Assembly: GCF_006345805.1 (NCBI RefSeq)
Contig: NC_043002.1
Span: forward strand, 27,280,001-27,344,000
Source: Octopus sinensis
Taxonomy: Eukaryota
Length of the DNA: 64,000 nucleotides
Direction of reading: 5' to 3'
Positions 40,417 to 54,256 of the stretch are shown here, piece by piece. Position 1 is the first letter of the stretch, and the number at the start of each line of letters is the position of its first letter. The notes under the pieces were generated by a model. The model worked only from the letters and a program-made list of their open reading frames with translations, did not search any database and had not been told where the DNA came from. The position numbers and the translations under genes are program-made.

Positions 40417-41095
40417 CATATATGCATATATATATATACACTTGCATACATATATATATACACATATATGCATATATGTATGTATATGTATAAGTATATA
40501 TGTATGTATATAGAAGTACGTGTAGTGCAAGCAAGCTAGACGCACCACTATATAAAGTATATTAAATTCATGAAGTGCACACTGTGTATATATGTATACA
40601 TATAATAAGGATCGACGTACACTAAATAGAAACAATAGAGTGAGTTAAATCGGATTAGGAACAGTGTCACAAATCCAACAGCTGTTTCTGTGGTCTCGGT
40701 GGTCCATAGTAATGTTCGTAGATCGATTCCATCATAGGATGAGACAAGCTTTCATCTTCAGGTAAGAAATTTTATAGCTACGATATCTCTTCCTTCTTAC
40801 AACATTTGCCTTTTTTTGCGACGAAGAGCTATGCTTGAAACGTCAAACTCACTTTTTCCACTGAGCGTCAAGCTTCTACATTTCTTGTGCACGTGCTCTC
40901 GTCTATTAATTTTACTCATGTATTTGAATTGTTTGTGTGTGTGTATGTGTGTGTGTGCGTTTGTGTGGGTGCGTGTGTGTGTATGTGTGCGTATCTTTGT
41001 GTCTGTGATTTCCTCCACCACCGCTTGGCAAACGATGTTGGTTTGTTTACGTCTGCATTATGTCGGCAAAAATAGATAATTATGTATATATATAT

Positions 41096-41146
<51 letters not shown>

Positions 41147-42783
41147 TAGTCACAATATATGGAATGAAGTAATCCGCTAGCACTCATAGAAAATGCTCCT
41201 TAATGTTTGTGTCACTCTACAAAACATAGAATATACAGTGTGATATAATAGAAAACGATAAGAAGTTTATAAAATTAGAAATAACAGAGAAATAGTTTCA
41301 TGAAATTTTATTTAAGAATTAGGCATTTTCTTATCTGTCCATATAAATTGTTAAATGAAATTTCTACAACCTATTTCTCTGTCATGTATGAATTTATGCA
41401 CTCCTTATCGTTTTCTCTTTTATACATACATACATACATACATATATACATATATAATTATATACTTTCCCATATCTACAAACACATATGCACGTGCGCG
41501 TGTTTGTGTGGGGTGGGGTATGAGAGAGAGAGAGTGCACGCACACATGTATCTCTCTATGTAGATGTATGAGCAAATGCCGGTCCGTCTCTATTAATACT
41601 GAAATCATGCAACTAGTGATAAGAAAATACTTCGTGTGTAATGTATTTTTGAAAGAACTCAAGCGAAATAGTCAAGAAAATATAATTTATCCTTGATTAT
41701 AGATGCTTGATAATATTGAGTACTGCAGTTTGTTTACCATTGAAGCTCAAAATATTTAGATTCATCTTCCATACGTAAATTTCAATTTGAATCTATTTTA
41801 GATCGCATCTGCTTCTATTTAAATAACAAATACTTTTTCATTCTTTCTCCATTCTTGCACTTCTTTCATTGTACCTCCACTAGTACACAAGCGACTTCCA
41901 TCCCCGTTACCGAAAAAAAGACACAGGACTTTCTATGTACATTTGGAAAGAGAAGAACAAAGTAGACGCTATCAGTATGAAGAGACTGATCGATTCTTGT
42001 CACTTCTTCCAAATAGAGAAGCTCTACATCTACCGTAGTACTTCAATCTAAAATTCTTCCTTAATCATATCAAAGGTGTTCATTTCTCATTTATACCGGA
42101 ATGATACATAACTAACAGAAAACTATAAAACTTTTCATAAAATGATTTTAATCCTTCACACTATTCTGCCATCTTAATATAAAGTAAAAGTTATACATTT
42201 ATATATAAAATAATCCTAAATTATTCACATATCTCTGCCAACTTTATGTTTACACCGCTTACACTGCCTCATCCCGAGGCATCATATTTATTTTCAACCA
42301 GCTGACATTTATGATCGATCGAGAAATTAAAGTGTGGTTGGGAAGAGTATTCACAGTTTTCATATAAATATTAATGACCAAACTCATACGCATACACACA
42401 GGCGCACACAAACACGTACGCATTCATACTTAAAGACACACGCACAAAAACAAGCATGCACACATAGATGCACATCCACACGCACTTACACACCTACACA
42501 CATACATATATTTGTGGAGATCTTTTTTTACGAAAATATATCTAATATTGTCCTATAATGATATCTCTCGAGTAGACAGTATACAAGACATTTGAGGAAC
42601 ACTTTATCTCCATCTTCACAACTTGTAAAAGTTTTCTGAGGTACCCGTTGCAACTGGACATATAATGGGATTATGGAGACAAAATTGAAGTCTTGCATGA
42701 CTGAATCATGCATCTCACTCAAAAGCCAGAAGGAAAAGTTTGAAATAAGTCGGTAAATATGTGTGTGATTGTATGGAGTTTGC

Positions 42784-42815
<32 letters not shown>

Positions 42816-43274
42816 GCCTGGTGTGTGTGTGTGTGTGTGTATGTGTGCGTGTTTGTGTGTGTGTGTGTGTGCCGGGTACATTATAAGGCCATGTTTTATG
42901 AAAACCTACTGAATAGATACTGGATTAAACAAGAAAAAAATGTTCCTACAATTCATTAGTAGGTAATAATTATCTTTTTAACTGTTGCAGCGATTAGTCT
43001 GCAGTCATGTTAGTACTATGTTTTAAAGCCTGGCAATTTTTGGCCGAACTGCTAAGTTACGGAGACGTAAACACACCAAAACCGGTTATTAAGTGGGGGA
43101 GCAATGGTGAGTGACAAACGCAGACGCAAAAATATACAAACACATGCACATGTATATATATATATATGTGTGTGCGTGTATGTATGTATGTATGTATATG
43201 CATACATGCATACATACATACATACATACATACATACATACATAACATACATACATACATAAGACAAGATTATT

Positions 43275-43420
43275 TCGGTTTCCGTCTACAAAAAACCTCG
43301 CACAAAGCATTCGTCGGCCCGTAGCTATAGAAAACTCTTGCCCAAAGTGTTATGCAGTGAGATTGAACTTGGAACCATGTGACGTGAAAGAAGGAATCTT
43401 CTAACCACACAACCACTCTT
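43275..43420 (-). mobile_element. 5' half of SINE family A, degenerate
   Basis: tttccgtctac...ttgcccaa...aaccatgtg...taaccacac. Confidence 0.75.
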
Positions 43421-43493
43421 ATTTATTTACTTATTCATTTTTGTTTTGTAATCGGAATGAACTCAATTATTATTGTTGTTGTTGTTGTTGTTA

Positions 43494-43550
<57 letters not shown>

Positions 43551-43551
<1 letters not shown>

Positions 43552-45323
43552 TTTTTTTTTCTTCTTTCAAGTTTGCTTCCATTTCTTGCCAAGTGTCTTC
43601 CCGACTCCTAGGGCAAAGAAACTCATAGTATACATTGGTAGGCCATTAAACCAAACTCAATAGTTCGTTCACTTTTTTTTTTTTTTTTTAAAGTTAAATT
43701 AAAATACATGAGCAGCAACAGTTCTCACATCGACAATGCTCTTCTCAATACGTGTGATGTACCAGTTAAGACAATCTTTTGCACTTCTTGCAGGGATGGT
43801 AAGCCAGGGATCATTCTCATATAATTTTCGGTTCCCTTCTTGATCATTCCTAGTGCTCCTACGATCACTGGTATTGTAACCGCCTTGAGATGCCACATTT
43901 TCTCAATTTCAATGAGTAGGTCTTTATATTTTCTGAGCTTGTCAAACTCTTTCGCTGAGATATTATGATCACAGGGGATGCTCATGTCGATCAATAAGCA
44001 AACTTTATTGTTTTGGTCTTTCACAGCAATATCTGGTTTATTGGCCTTGATGGTTCGGTCTGTATGTATTGGAAAGTCCCACAGAATGGTTACATTTTCT
44101 CCTTCAGTTACAGCCTCAGGGTGGTGATTATACCACTTCTCGGCAGTTTTGATATTGTAATGCCGACTTATTAGCCAGTGTAGATATTGGCCAACTCTGT
44201 CATGTCTTAATTTATACTCCACTGGAGCTAAGACTTTACATCCAGAGATTAGGTGGTCCACTGTTTCAATCATGTCGTTGCAGAATCGGCATTTTGGGTC
44301 TGCTCCATTTTTCATCACATTGGCCTGGTAGTTCCGGGTTAATAGGCTTTGATCTTGAGCAGCCAGGATGAAACCTTCGCTCTCTGCTTTTAGCCCTGAG
44401 CTCCGTAGCCACTGATGGGTTGCTTCTGGTCAACATCAGCTTGTTTGCTGCGGGTCACATATTTGCCGTGCAGAGGTTCTCCTCCCACCTATCAGCCAAT
44501 TGCTCGTGCGCTTTTTTCGTTGCCATTATTTTTACCTTCTTTGCAACAATAATTGCCGTACTTCCCTCGGTTGTTCTGTTTGGGTATCCTGCACGAGATC
44601 AATAGCAAATGTTTTGCTTTCCTTTATGATAGAATGAAGCTTCTTTCGTCTCTCGTAATTTTCCACGAGCTTTAGCATCCAGTCATTCGATATTTCGAGA
44701 TATTTGGCCAGTCCAATTGTGGTTGTTTTGTAAGCTAGTTCAAATTGGATCAGGCCTCGACCTCCTTGGGCTCTGGGATGGTAAAGGCGATACGTCTGCC
44801 TTTGGGTGGTGCATAACTCAGCAGCTTGCGTATTTTCCTATCTATATTTTTTACTTCACTCATATTCCAGTTCAACACATTGTAGCTATAAGTAACAACT
44901 GGAACTGCTAAGGAATTTATAGCTAACACCTTGTTACGTGCATTTAGTTCAGATTTCAGGACTGCACGAACTCTCCTATAACATTCCTTCCTGATCTTCT
45001 TTTTCATGCTTGCATGCTGAATACCAGAGCCTTCATTTATCCCTAAATATTTGTATGTTTGTTCTTGCTCAAGCTCTCTTATGACTGTGTCAACATCTAA
45101 CACGACTGAATTTGTGGTCTTCACTTTCGCTAACCATTCAGGTGTTTTCTTTGGGTCTCTCATAATTCCATTGAGCAGCTGAACTAGCTTACCGTGTGCG
45201 CATGGGAGCGATGCGAGCCAGAAATTCGGCACCCTATCTTTACCGGGGGATTTCCAATTATGGGCCTTCGTGAGTGCCTTTCTTAGGTCTGCTATAGTGA
45301 TGTCTTCCCATGCTTGTTGTTGT
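43551..45323 (-). mobile_element. 5'-truncated, internally deleted R4/Dong-like REL LINE flanked by (TAA)n
   Basis: NWKSPGKDRVPNFWL, EQEQTYKYLG, CRFCNDMIETVDHLISGC zinc knuckle, KPDIAV..LIDMSIP..DKLRKY endonuclease, stop at 43723-43725. Confidence 0.92.
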
Positions 45324-45341
45324 TTATTATTATTATTATTA

Positions 45342-45409
<68 letters not shown>

Positions 45410-45420
45410 GTTATTATTAG

Positions 45421-46074
45421 TATTATTGAAAGAGCAGTGCATGCCATCAAAGTGACACTGGGGTAAAATATACAAAGCCCAGTATACCAATCATGACTAC
45501 CTGTCTGATAAGGATACACCAGGCACATGCATCAAAACCGTATGTGCGGGACATGATGATCTCATATCAAGATAAACAGCGCATAACCCTGCAGGTGGGG
45601 CCCAGTTAGAATTTCGTTCTGGTCGAGTAGCCCATCCCGCTCAAAAGGTCCCCGAATAAGGATTGTTTAAGGATGTTGAACGAAGCACCTATGTTTCCAA
45701 ACGTGAATTATCCAAACCTCTAAGAATTCCTCTCAACAAAGAGCTATGATGCTCCTTTACTGCTTCTGCTCATGATCAGAGATGCACATACCGCCAGCCA
45801 CTTAGTGGACATGCTCAACTGGTTATGGTCAAACAACTGACAAGCAAATCTGTGGCATTGGGCAGAATATTTGTTGTTGCCCATCTTTTATACCAAGACA
45901 AAACAATGTACATGAAACACTTCCCATCAGTTAACATCAGAAGCCACGAGAGCCACTGTCTGGTACTGCATCAGGGCAAAGTTATGATCAGAAGCCATGA
46001 GAGCCATTGTCTGGTACTGCGTCAGAGCAAAGTTAAGATCAGAAGCCATGAGATCCACTGTCTTGTAGTGCAGT
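45421..46074. mobile_element. Non-coding interspersed element between (TAA)n tracts, with terminal 51-bp repeats
   Basis: GC-richer island bounded by (TTA)n; 51-bp units start at 45929, 45980 and 46031. Confidence 0.55.
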
Positions 46075-46102
46075 TATTATTATTATTATTATTATTATTA
46101 TT

Positions 46103-46187
<85 letters not shown>
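46075..46187. repeat. (TTA)n-(TAG)n compound microsatellite
   Basis: Direct reading. Confidence 0.97.
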
Positions 46188-47322
46188 TTGAAGGAAGATA
46201 GAATGAGAAAAAAGGGCTGTTCTGTAGAAATTGTGGAAATGACATGCATGAAAGCGAATTTTTCTATTGAAGCAATGAAAGGTAATAACAGCAAAAGAAC
46301 GAAAGAGGGGAAGTATGTAATACTAAAGGATTGGCTGGCAAAAAGGACAAATGCGAACCAAAATATAAAAGAAAGTGAGTGAAGCACTCTGTAAATGAAT
46401 GAAAGATTTGGATCATATGAGAATATTCATGAAACAGAGTTAGAGAGAGAAAGAGAGAGTGAAAGAGGGGGAGAGAAAGGGAGAGAGAAACTGCAGGAGA
46501 AAGAGAGAATATGAAATCTGGGAAGAAATTTCACGAAATGTATCAGTGAATTATGGAAGTAAATGTACAGGAAGAAAGTTTGCGATGTCATCTCTGTTAT
46601 TGCCAACACCATATGTCTACATGTCAGGTGTGTGCGTGCAGATATATGGCCACACATATTCTAACTTTGCCCGTCTGGTATTTTAGGCGATTCTCAGAAT
46701 AGAAACTCAGTTTATCCTCCGCTTTACCAAGGGGCTTTGTCATCACAGGAATGGTATTTGGAAGCTATAAGCGATCAAATTATCAATAATGCTTCCTATT
46801 TAGCCCGATACTAAGACGTCAACTAAAACATGAGATGTGATAATGATAAGTGGTAGATTGTGTGACGAGTGTAACAATTATACTGCGCATAAGTGACTGA
46901 ATGTATATGTAACTTTATGTAAAAGAATGTGTCCAACCAGTGCTCAGTCATTTCTCATTTATTTTGCATGGTGTATGGTAGACTCGGTTTGAGTAACAGT
47001 ATGCTTCAAACTATCGTGCTTTTAAGTCGTTCTATGATTATTAAATTATGATTTTTCTTTTCTAAAATTTTTGCAATATATTTGAATCAAAATGTCATCA
47101 AAAGATAGAGGAGTTTAAGGAAAACATGTGAAAATATATGTAACACAAACTCGAACTGAATTTTTTAAAGGAATCCTCATGGAAAGAATAGGGTACCTAC
47201 TTATAATGGCTTTGCCATTATAGAAGACATGTAAAGCAAAGTGACGTATCTCGGTACGCTAAGATCGTATCTTAAGAACATAGCAACAGTTAAGTGTCAT
47301 CGTAATTAAACTGTAAGAGTAA

Positions 47323-47353
47323 ATGATAATAATGATAATAATAATAATAATAA

Positions 47354-47405
<52 letters not shown>

Positions 47406-47406
47406 T

Positions 47407-47498
<92 letters not shown>

Positions 47499-47501
47499 TA
47501 A
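47323..47501. repeat. (ATA)(GTA)(GCA)(GTA) compound trinucleotide microsatellite
   Basis: Direct reading. Confidence 0.97.
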
Positions 47502-47987
47502 TAAACGAATAGCAGACGGTTGCTATCTTTAAGGTACCTTAATCGATTTTATACATATATATATATGCAAAGAACCTCTACATCACAAATCATACAGAGG
47601 TGTATACCAGTATTCCTATTTGCGTATATTTCCACGTAGTCTGAAGTTTAGATTTACCTTTTAATTTTACTTTACGACACTGAATATAGGCACCTGTAGT
47701 AGATAGACACCTATAGTATCACTAAGGTGGGTGTGGAATAGACACGCTCAGCTTTGAAGGATTGAATGAAAGTTATATACTTATTCTTGTGTCGCCCAAA
47801 TAAGATATATTTCACATCAAAAACAATAGAAGGAATCCAAGATTACTTTTGACATAACGGACTTATGACATAAATGGATGCTTCATTCGCCTGTGAATCC
47901 TTGGCTTCACTAGGGATATATGTACGTATGAATGTATGTATGTATGCATGTGTATATGTATGCATGTTGTGTGTTTGTATGTATGTA

Positions 47988-48052
<65 letters not shown>

Positions 48053-48053
48053 A

Positions 48054-48096
<43 letters not shown>

Positions 48097-48570
48097 CCTG
48101 TATACATATATATATATAAAATAGCAACTCTCTCACCTATATATATATGTCTATATATACATATACACATTTGTATATAGATATATACGCATACAAACAT
48201 ATATATATATATATATATATACATATTTATATACACAGAGAGTGAGAGTTAAATGGATACATATGCACAAGCATGCACATGCATACAAGTACATGGATTT
48301 ATATATTTACATACACAAATATATATGCACATATACATATACATTCGCTTCCACGCGTTCATTATTGCATACACACACTTCAATAAGTGTGTGTACATGT
48401 GTGTCTGTGTATGTGTGCGCATGTGTTAGTGTTTCTGTGAATTCTTCATGACTATCTATATTGGCTTCTATGTGTGTATGGTTATACAGATCTTTATGAA
48501 TGTGCATGTAAGATTATAAGTTGTTATAATGTTTCCAACTTAAACCATACACTGCTTTTTAGTGTTACAG

Positions 48571-48930
48571 ACATCTGTCATTGCACTGTGACCACGAATG
48601 ACATCCCCTTCAAGGAAATGCGTCTACTATATCGATCACTGTATTTTGGTAATTATTTTACCAATCTCCGAAAATGACCAAAGATCAATGAACTGTATGT
48701 TATGCCAGACAGGCTGCACGGTAACTAATAGCGCAAGTATTTTCAACTGAATTCTTATTTGTTTCTTTTCGTTCACTTTAGAGTACTAGAAGAAATTGAT
48801 ATTTACGACTGGGGTTTTATGTTTACTCTGATAGAAAGAGTGGGAAAATTACATTCCATCTTACGTTGTACATTGAAGACTACGGAAAAGATAATCTGCA
48901 CGTGAACACAATAAGAGCAGTATATATATA

Positions 48931-48968
<38 letters not shown>

Positions 48969-49288
48969 TATATATACACAGATTTAGAGATTTCAAGCAT
49001 TGCACTTTGACATGCATGACTTCGCCTTCAAGGAAATTAGTCTATACTATCGATCACAGTGCTTTGGTAATTATTTTAACAACGTCCGATAATTAAGAAC
49101 GATGAATGTAGTGTGTTTGATGAGAGACAGGCGGGCCGGAAGCAGATAGAGCATACAGATTAACTTAAAGCACTGGTTTTCTATGCTCGCGTCTTACAGT
49201 ACTTGAAGGAATTGAAGGTTATAATGGGGATTTTATTTTTACTCTGATAGAACGAGCGGCAAAACATTTCCCACATATCACGTCGTAA
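48571..49288 (+). other. Diverged tandem duplication (~418-bp period) with exon-intron-exon-like organisation
   Basis: Both copies have TTTG|gtaatt and ag|TACT junctions; introns would be 135 and 133 nt. Confidence 0.45.
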
Positions 49289-49419
49289 TTTACAATATGA
49301 GGAAAGGACAAATTTAACATAGGACTGATGGATAGCCTCTTAACAAGCTGGAGGGTACCTGTGACAATACATTTAATCCTGCTTCTATCTGAAAAATGAC
49401 CTCTCCCCCTCTCTCTCTT

Positions 49420-49471
<52 letters not shown>

Positions 49472-49589
49472 TATGTTTCGGGACGGTCACATTTTGTTAC
49501 CATATAAACACACGCACTTTATATTCGCTCTTTACTTGTTTATTATTGTTATGTTACGTCCTTTGTCTGGAAATCTTTCGTCAGACACC

Positions 49590-50480
49590 TGAATATATGG
49601 ACAAAATAATGGTAACACCTAGTATTATAGCATCATCATTTTTAAATATCTATAAAACCGTCAAAATATTGTTTGTTTTATGTTTTTGATATATTATTAG
49701 TGTTGCTTAATATGTTTTGCTGAAGTTGCTCTTTCTTGTCAGATATCATCAGAAAAAGGTAATTAAAATTCATTGAAATGACAGATCTATCGGACTTTCA
49801 AAGAAAATAAATTGTTGGTGCTCATATGGCAGGTGCTAGTGTAGTGAAAACAGCCAAAATATTTGGTGTATCAAGAAGTCCTCGAAAGTCTCGAAAGTAA
49901 TGACAGCCTTTGAGAAAGAGGGAAAAACATCCTCATCGAAACAAAACTCCGGAAGTAAACCAAAACTTTCAGATAGGGACTGTCAGATTCTTGCACGAAT
50001 TGTTAGAAAGGATCACAAAAGTACAGCTCCCAGAATAGCTGTAGAGCTTAATGACCACCTCGAGAACCCAGTTTCCACAAAAGCTGTTCGCTGGGTGCTG
50101 CACAAAGCTAGATGTCATGGGAGGGCTGCAAACAGAAAAAAACTACTTACAAAAACAAACGTTGCAAAGCATTTAGAGCGGATTAATAAACCTACAGAAT
50201 TGGTTCCTAGAGCAATAGAAGAATGATATTTTCTCGGACAAGTCATTCTCTGCCTCATTTCCGAACACCGGCCGAGTATACATGTGGAGACAGCCATAGC
50301 AAGCATTTGACCCAGACTGCCTTCTTCCAACTGTTAAACGTGGAGGAGGATAGTGATGAACTGGGTGGGGTATATCTTGGAATACCACCGGCAATGGTTT
50401 CCCTTCATGGCAGAATTAATAGTCAGGACTATTTAAGCATTTTACCTGATCAAATTCATCCAATGGTGGCGGAACGCAAT
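49590..50480 (+). mobile_element. Decayed Tc1-like transposon, 3'-truncated
   Basis: MTDLSDFQRK*IVGAHMAGAS, GSKPKLSDRD, FDPDCL, MVSLHGRINSQDYLSIL. Confidence 0.88.
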
Positions 50481-50525
50481 TCTTCAGAAACACAGAAGTA
50501 TACATACATACTTACATGGGTACAT

Positions 50526-51451
50526 AAATCCTTAAATCCTTAAAAATGTTTTAGCCCGAAGGCCGCGGCCATGCTGGGGCACCACCGCTGAATGAGCTAC
50601 ACTAGTTTGTGAATCCACCTCTGATACGTGGCACTTGATCAACAAGGGAGTTCGATGCTGCTGCCCGCATCCGTGTCTCCTGTCGTGAGGTAGGTTCATC
50701 TGGGACTCCAACAAGAAGAGATCCAGTTTAGTTTTAAAGAACCCACATCCACACCATGTAAGTCTCTCAGGCATTTAGGGAGGATGTTAAAGAGCTGTGG
50801 TCCTCTGAAACCCAAGCTGTTGCAGTATCTGGACCTGTATTTTGATGGTGATGTTGGAATCCTTGGCACCACGCAGCGGCGCCCCGTTCTGCGGTTGGAG
50901 TAAATTTGAATGCCAAAGTTTGGGACAAGACCCTCCAGGATTTTCCAGATGTATATCACTGCATATCTCTCCCGCCTCCGCTCCAGGGAGAAGAGGTTTA
51001 ATACCTTCAGTCTTTCCCAGTAGCTGACATTTTGCATTGAGACGATTTTCTTTGTGTAGCTTCTCTGAGTTGCTTCGAGTTCTGCTGTTTGTTTTATATT
51101 GTGTGGTGACCAAAGTTGGGAGCAGTAGTCCAAGCGGCTGAGGACAAATGTTTTCCATAGGACCATCAGTGTCTCCTTCTCTCTTGTTCTGAAAGTTCGG
51201 AGAATCCATCCAGCTAGCCGTCTGCATTTTATCACCAGATTAGCAATATGCATTTGGAAAGATGCATCATTGCTCATGTCAATGCCCAGGTCACGCACTG
51301 ATTTTGACTCAGGGATTGCAATTCTTCCTGGGCCAGTGTATCCAGTCTTCACGTCATTTACCTTTGTGTGCCAGTAGCGCAGGGCCTGGAACTTACCTGC
51401 ATTAAACTGCATGTTGTTGTCCTCAGCCCACCTGTATATTGTGTCCAGCTC

Positions 51452-51454
<3 letters not shown>
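50526..51454 (-). mobile_element. 5'-truncated CR1/L2-group LINE (RT C-terminus and 3' UTR), little decayed
   Basis: ~250 uninterrupted codons: [39 protein letters not shown]; (AAGGATTT) tail. Confidence 0.93.
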
Positions 51455-51495
<41 letters not shown>

Positions 51496-51568
51496 ATGTA
51501 TATGTATATATATATATACATACATACATAGTTATATATATATAAATATACACATATACATACACTTA

Positions 51569-51605
<37 letters not shown>

Positions 51606-51677
51606 TTAAATATAAGTATGTACATATATACATATGTACATATATTTATATATATTTGTATATATATATATATAATA

Positions 51678-51708
<31 letters not shown>

Positions 51709-52624
51709 CAGTATACACAAACACACACCACACACAACACACACGTACATACACACACGCACACATGCGCGCGCGCACACTCTCACATACAGGTCTTATT
51801 TTAAATATTTCAGTCACTGAACTCCGAACACATTTATCAATCTCATTCACATTTAGTCTATAAAGTGTTTAGCTGGTGTCCAGCAGTAGATTATCAAATT
51901 TGTTCTTTCCTTATATTTGTGTGGGAGATACGATGCGTTCGAATTTTTACCTCTTAGTTTATGAGACTGAAAATGAAATCTCCTTTGCAAATATCATTTT
52001 TTTTTAAGTATTGTAATATAAAGATTGAGCAAAGACAAAATTATTGCTTCCAGTGAAAATACTTGTGGTATTGGTTTCCATCTTCCCTGTCCCAGGTCAC
52101 ACATAACTCGTTCATCTTCCTTCATTTTCACAGGTCGATAAATTAATTACGAAAATTCGGTGATCGATATAACAGGCCAGTCTCCTTCAAGGCGATGTCA
52201 AGGTTAACCAAAGTGCAATGCACTATGAGTAATGTTATAAAGTACTGTGTAAGTTCGAAATATTTTAACGCTTTTTGTCACACTGATACACTTATATACG
52301 GATTCACAGAGTATTGCAGAAGCACACATCTCACACACCTATACTTTTATATACAGATACACACTTATCCACACTCATATACAGTTATATTACAAATTAG
52401 CCGAGGAAAGAATCCGATCGAATATGTATGCAGTACTGTTTGTTATATGCCGTTTGAAGTATTTGTACGTGTGTGTGTCTGCATGTGCACTCGCCCATGT
52501 TTGTGTGAGTGTTTCTCTGTGTATGTATGTGTGTGTATCTGTGCGTATGTGTTTATAATGGTGCATGTGTATAGCATAGTCTAGCCATCACGTGATGTTT
52601 TTATATCATCATCATCTTCATCAT

Positions 52625-52820
52625 CAAAATGGTTGTTCGTTCCTAATCTTCCGTGAATACCATGTCTAGGTAAGGGAAAATATTGCGTTGCTTGTATACA
52701 GATGAGTGTTGGATGCGGATGACAAGTATATTAGGCCACGGAAATTCTGTTTCAAAAATTTCCATCTGACACGGGGAGGCAAGCAAATTTGAACATTAAA
52801 TGATGATGATGATGATGATT
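52625..52820 (+). mobile_element. Degenerate SINE 3' part with (TGA)n tail
   Basis: catctgacacggggaggcaagc..gaacattaaatgatgatgatg. Confidence 0.45.
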
Positions 52821-52887
52821 AGCATATACACACATAGAGACACACACAGACACATACTCACACACAAACACACACACAAATATATGC

Positions 52888-52919
<32 letters not shown>

Positions 52920-52989
52920 ATTTATGTATTTATGATATATATATCTAAGCAAAATATAGGATCCAAAACGTCTCCGATCCTCCATCATT

Positions 52990-53770
52990 ACCAGTGGCAA
53001 CCTCTCACACGGTGAAGTCCGTGAGTTTACGTACCTGAACAATTTAACAGCTTCGACCATTGCCAAACTAGCTCAAAAAGTGTGGTTAAACGGCAAGCAG
53101 ACGATATCCACAAAATTCACAGTCTATGAAGTATGTGTCCTCAGCGCCTTGCTATTCGGCGGTAAGAGCTCATGACTTTACGCTAGACAAGAGCGAAGTT
53201 TGATTGTTTTCCATCTGCGCAACATTCGGAGTATTCTCGACGTCAAGTGGAACGACTGCCTCACTAATAACGATATATTTACCCGTTCCTAGTCAGCCAT
53301 TAACCACTTTCACACTACTTCGGCAACGCCGTCTCCACTGGCTGGGTCAAGTGCACCAGATGCCTGATGGGAGGTTCCTGAAAGATATACTTTATGGGTA
53401 GCTAGCCTCCGGCAGACGTGCTCGCAGGCCACTACATCTACGTTTCATGGATGTGTGTAAACGTGACATGAAGGTCATGAATATGAATACCAAAATCTGA
53501 GATAACATGGCAAAAGACCGTTCCTGCTGGAGACAGTCGCTGAGTACCGCCCTGAGGTAAGGAGAGGCTCACATATGTCAGACAGAAGAGATAGACGGAG
53601 ACGCAGGAAGACCGAACTAGCAACAAACGACCAACCGACCAACTTCATTTGCGACGTTGCAGCTGTGACTGTCACTCAAGCATTGGCCTTCTAAGTTACA
53701 AGCGCTTCTGCAACACCAATACAATCCAAGGCGCAGATCCAGTCTTTCGGGACTAACGGATGCCAATCAT
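52990..53770 (+). mobile_element. RTE-clade LINE 3' fragment
   Basis: VCVLSALLFG, LRQRRLHWLGQVHQMPDGRFLKDILYG, LRFMDVCKRDMK; 3' end ..gactaacggatgcca. Confidence 0.88.
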
Positions 53771-54076
53771 ATATCCTGTCATTTTTCACCAATCGTCAAG
53801 CCTGTACACTTCTTGTGCACCTGCTCTCGTTCGTTAAATTTACTCATTTATATGAATTGATCGTGTGTGTGTGTGTAGATTTTAACAAGACAGTTTTGAT
53901 AATGTGAATTTTTATAAGAAACTCTTGTTTGGTGTCCAACGTAGTAGAATCGAAACTAGAAACATATGCATGCGAAGCGAACCTCTTGAGAATAGAGCTG
54001 TTCTTGCAAAATATAATTAATAATCGATCGATTGACTATAACTATAGTAATCTAAAATGCTGGAACCGAAGTTTAT

Positions 54077-54127
<51 letters not shown>

Positions 54128-54176
54128 TAGATCGATAAATAGATAGATTAATATATACTATTGTAAACATATGTAA

Positions 54177-54256
<80 letters not shown>

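Noticed and set aside
40682-40761. Open 80-nt segment before CAG|gtaaga
   Set aside because: Good donor but weak acceptor and no homology. The overlapping minus-strand CTGAAGA-T-GAAA lacks stem II.
44750-45490. 246-aa ORF with poly-Asn fused to RT fragments
   Set aside because: Accidental read-through of (AAT)n into a deleted LINE; not a gene.
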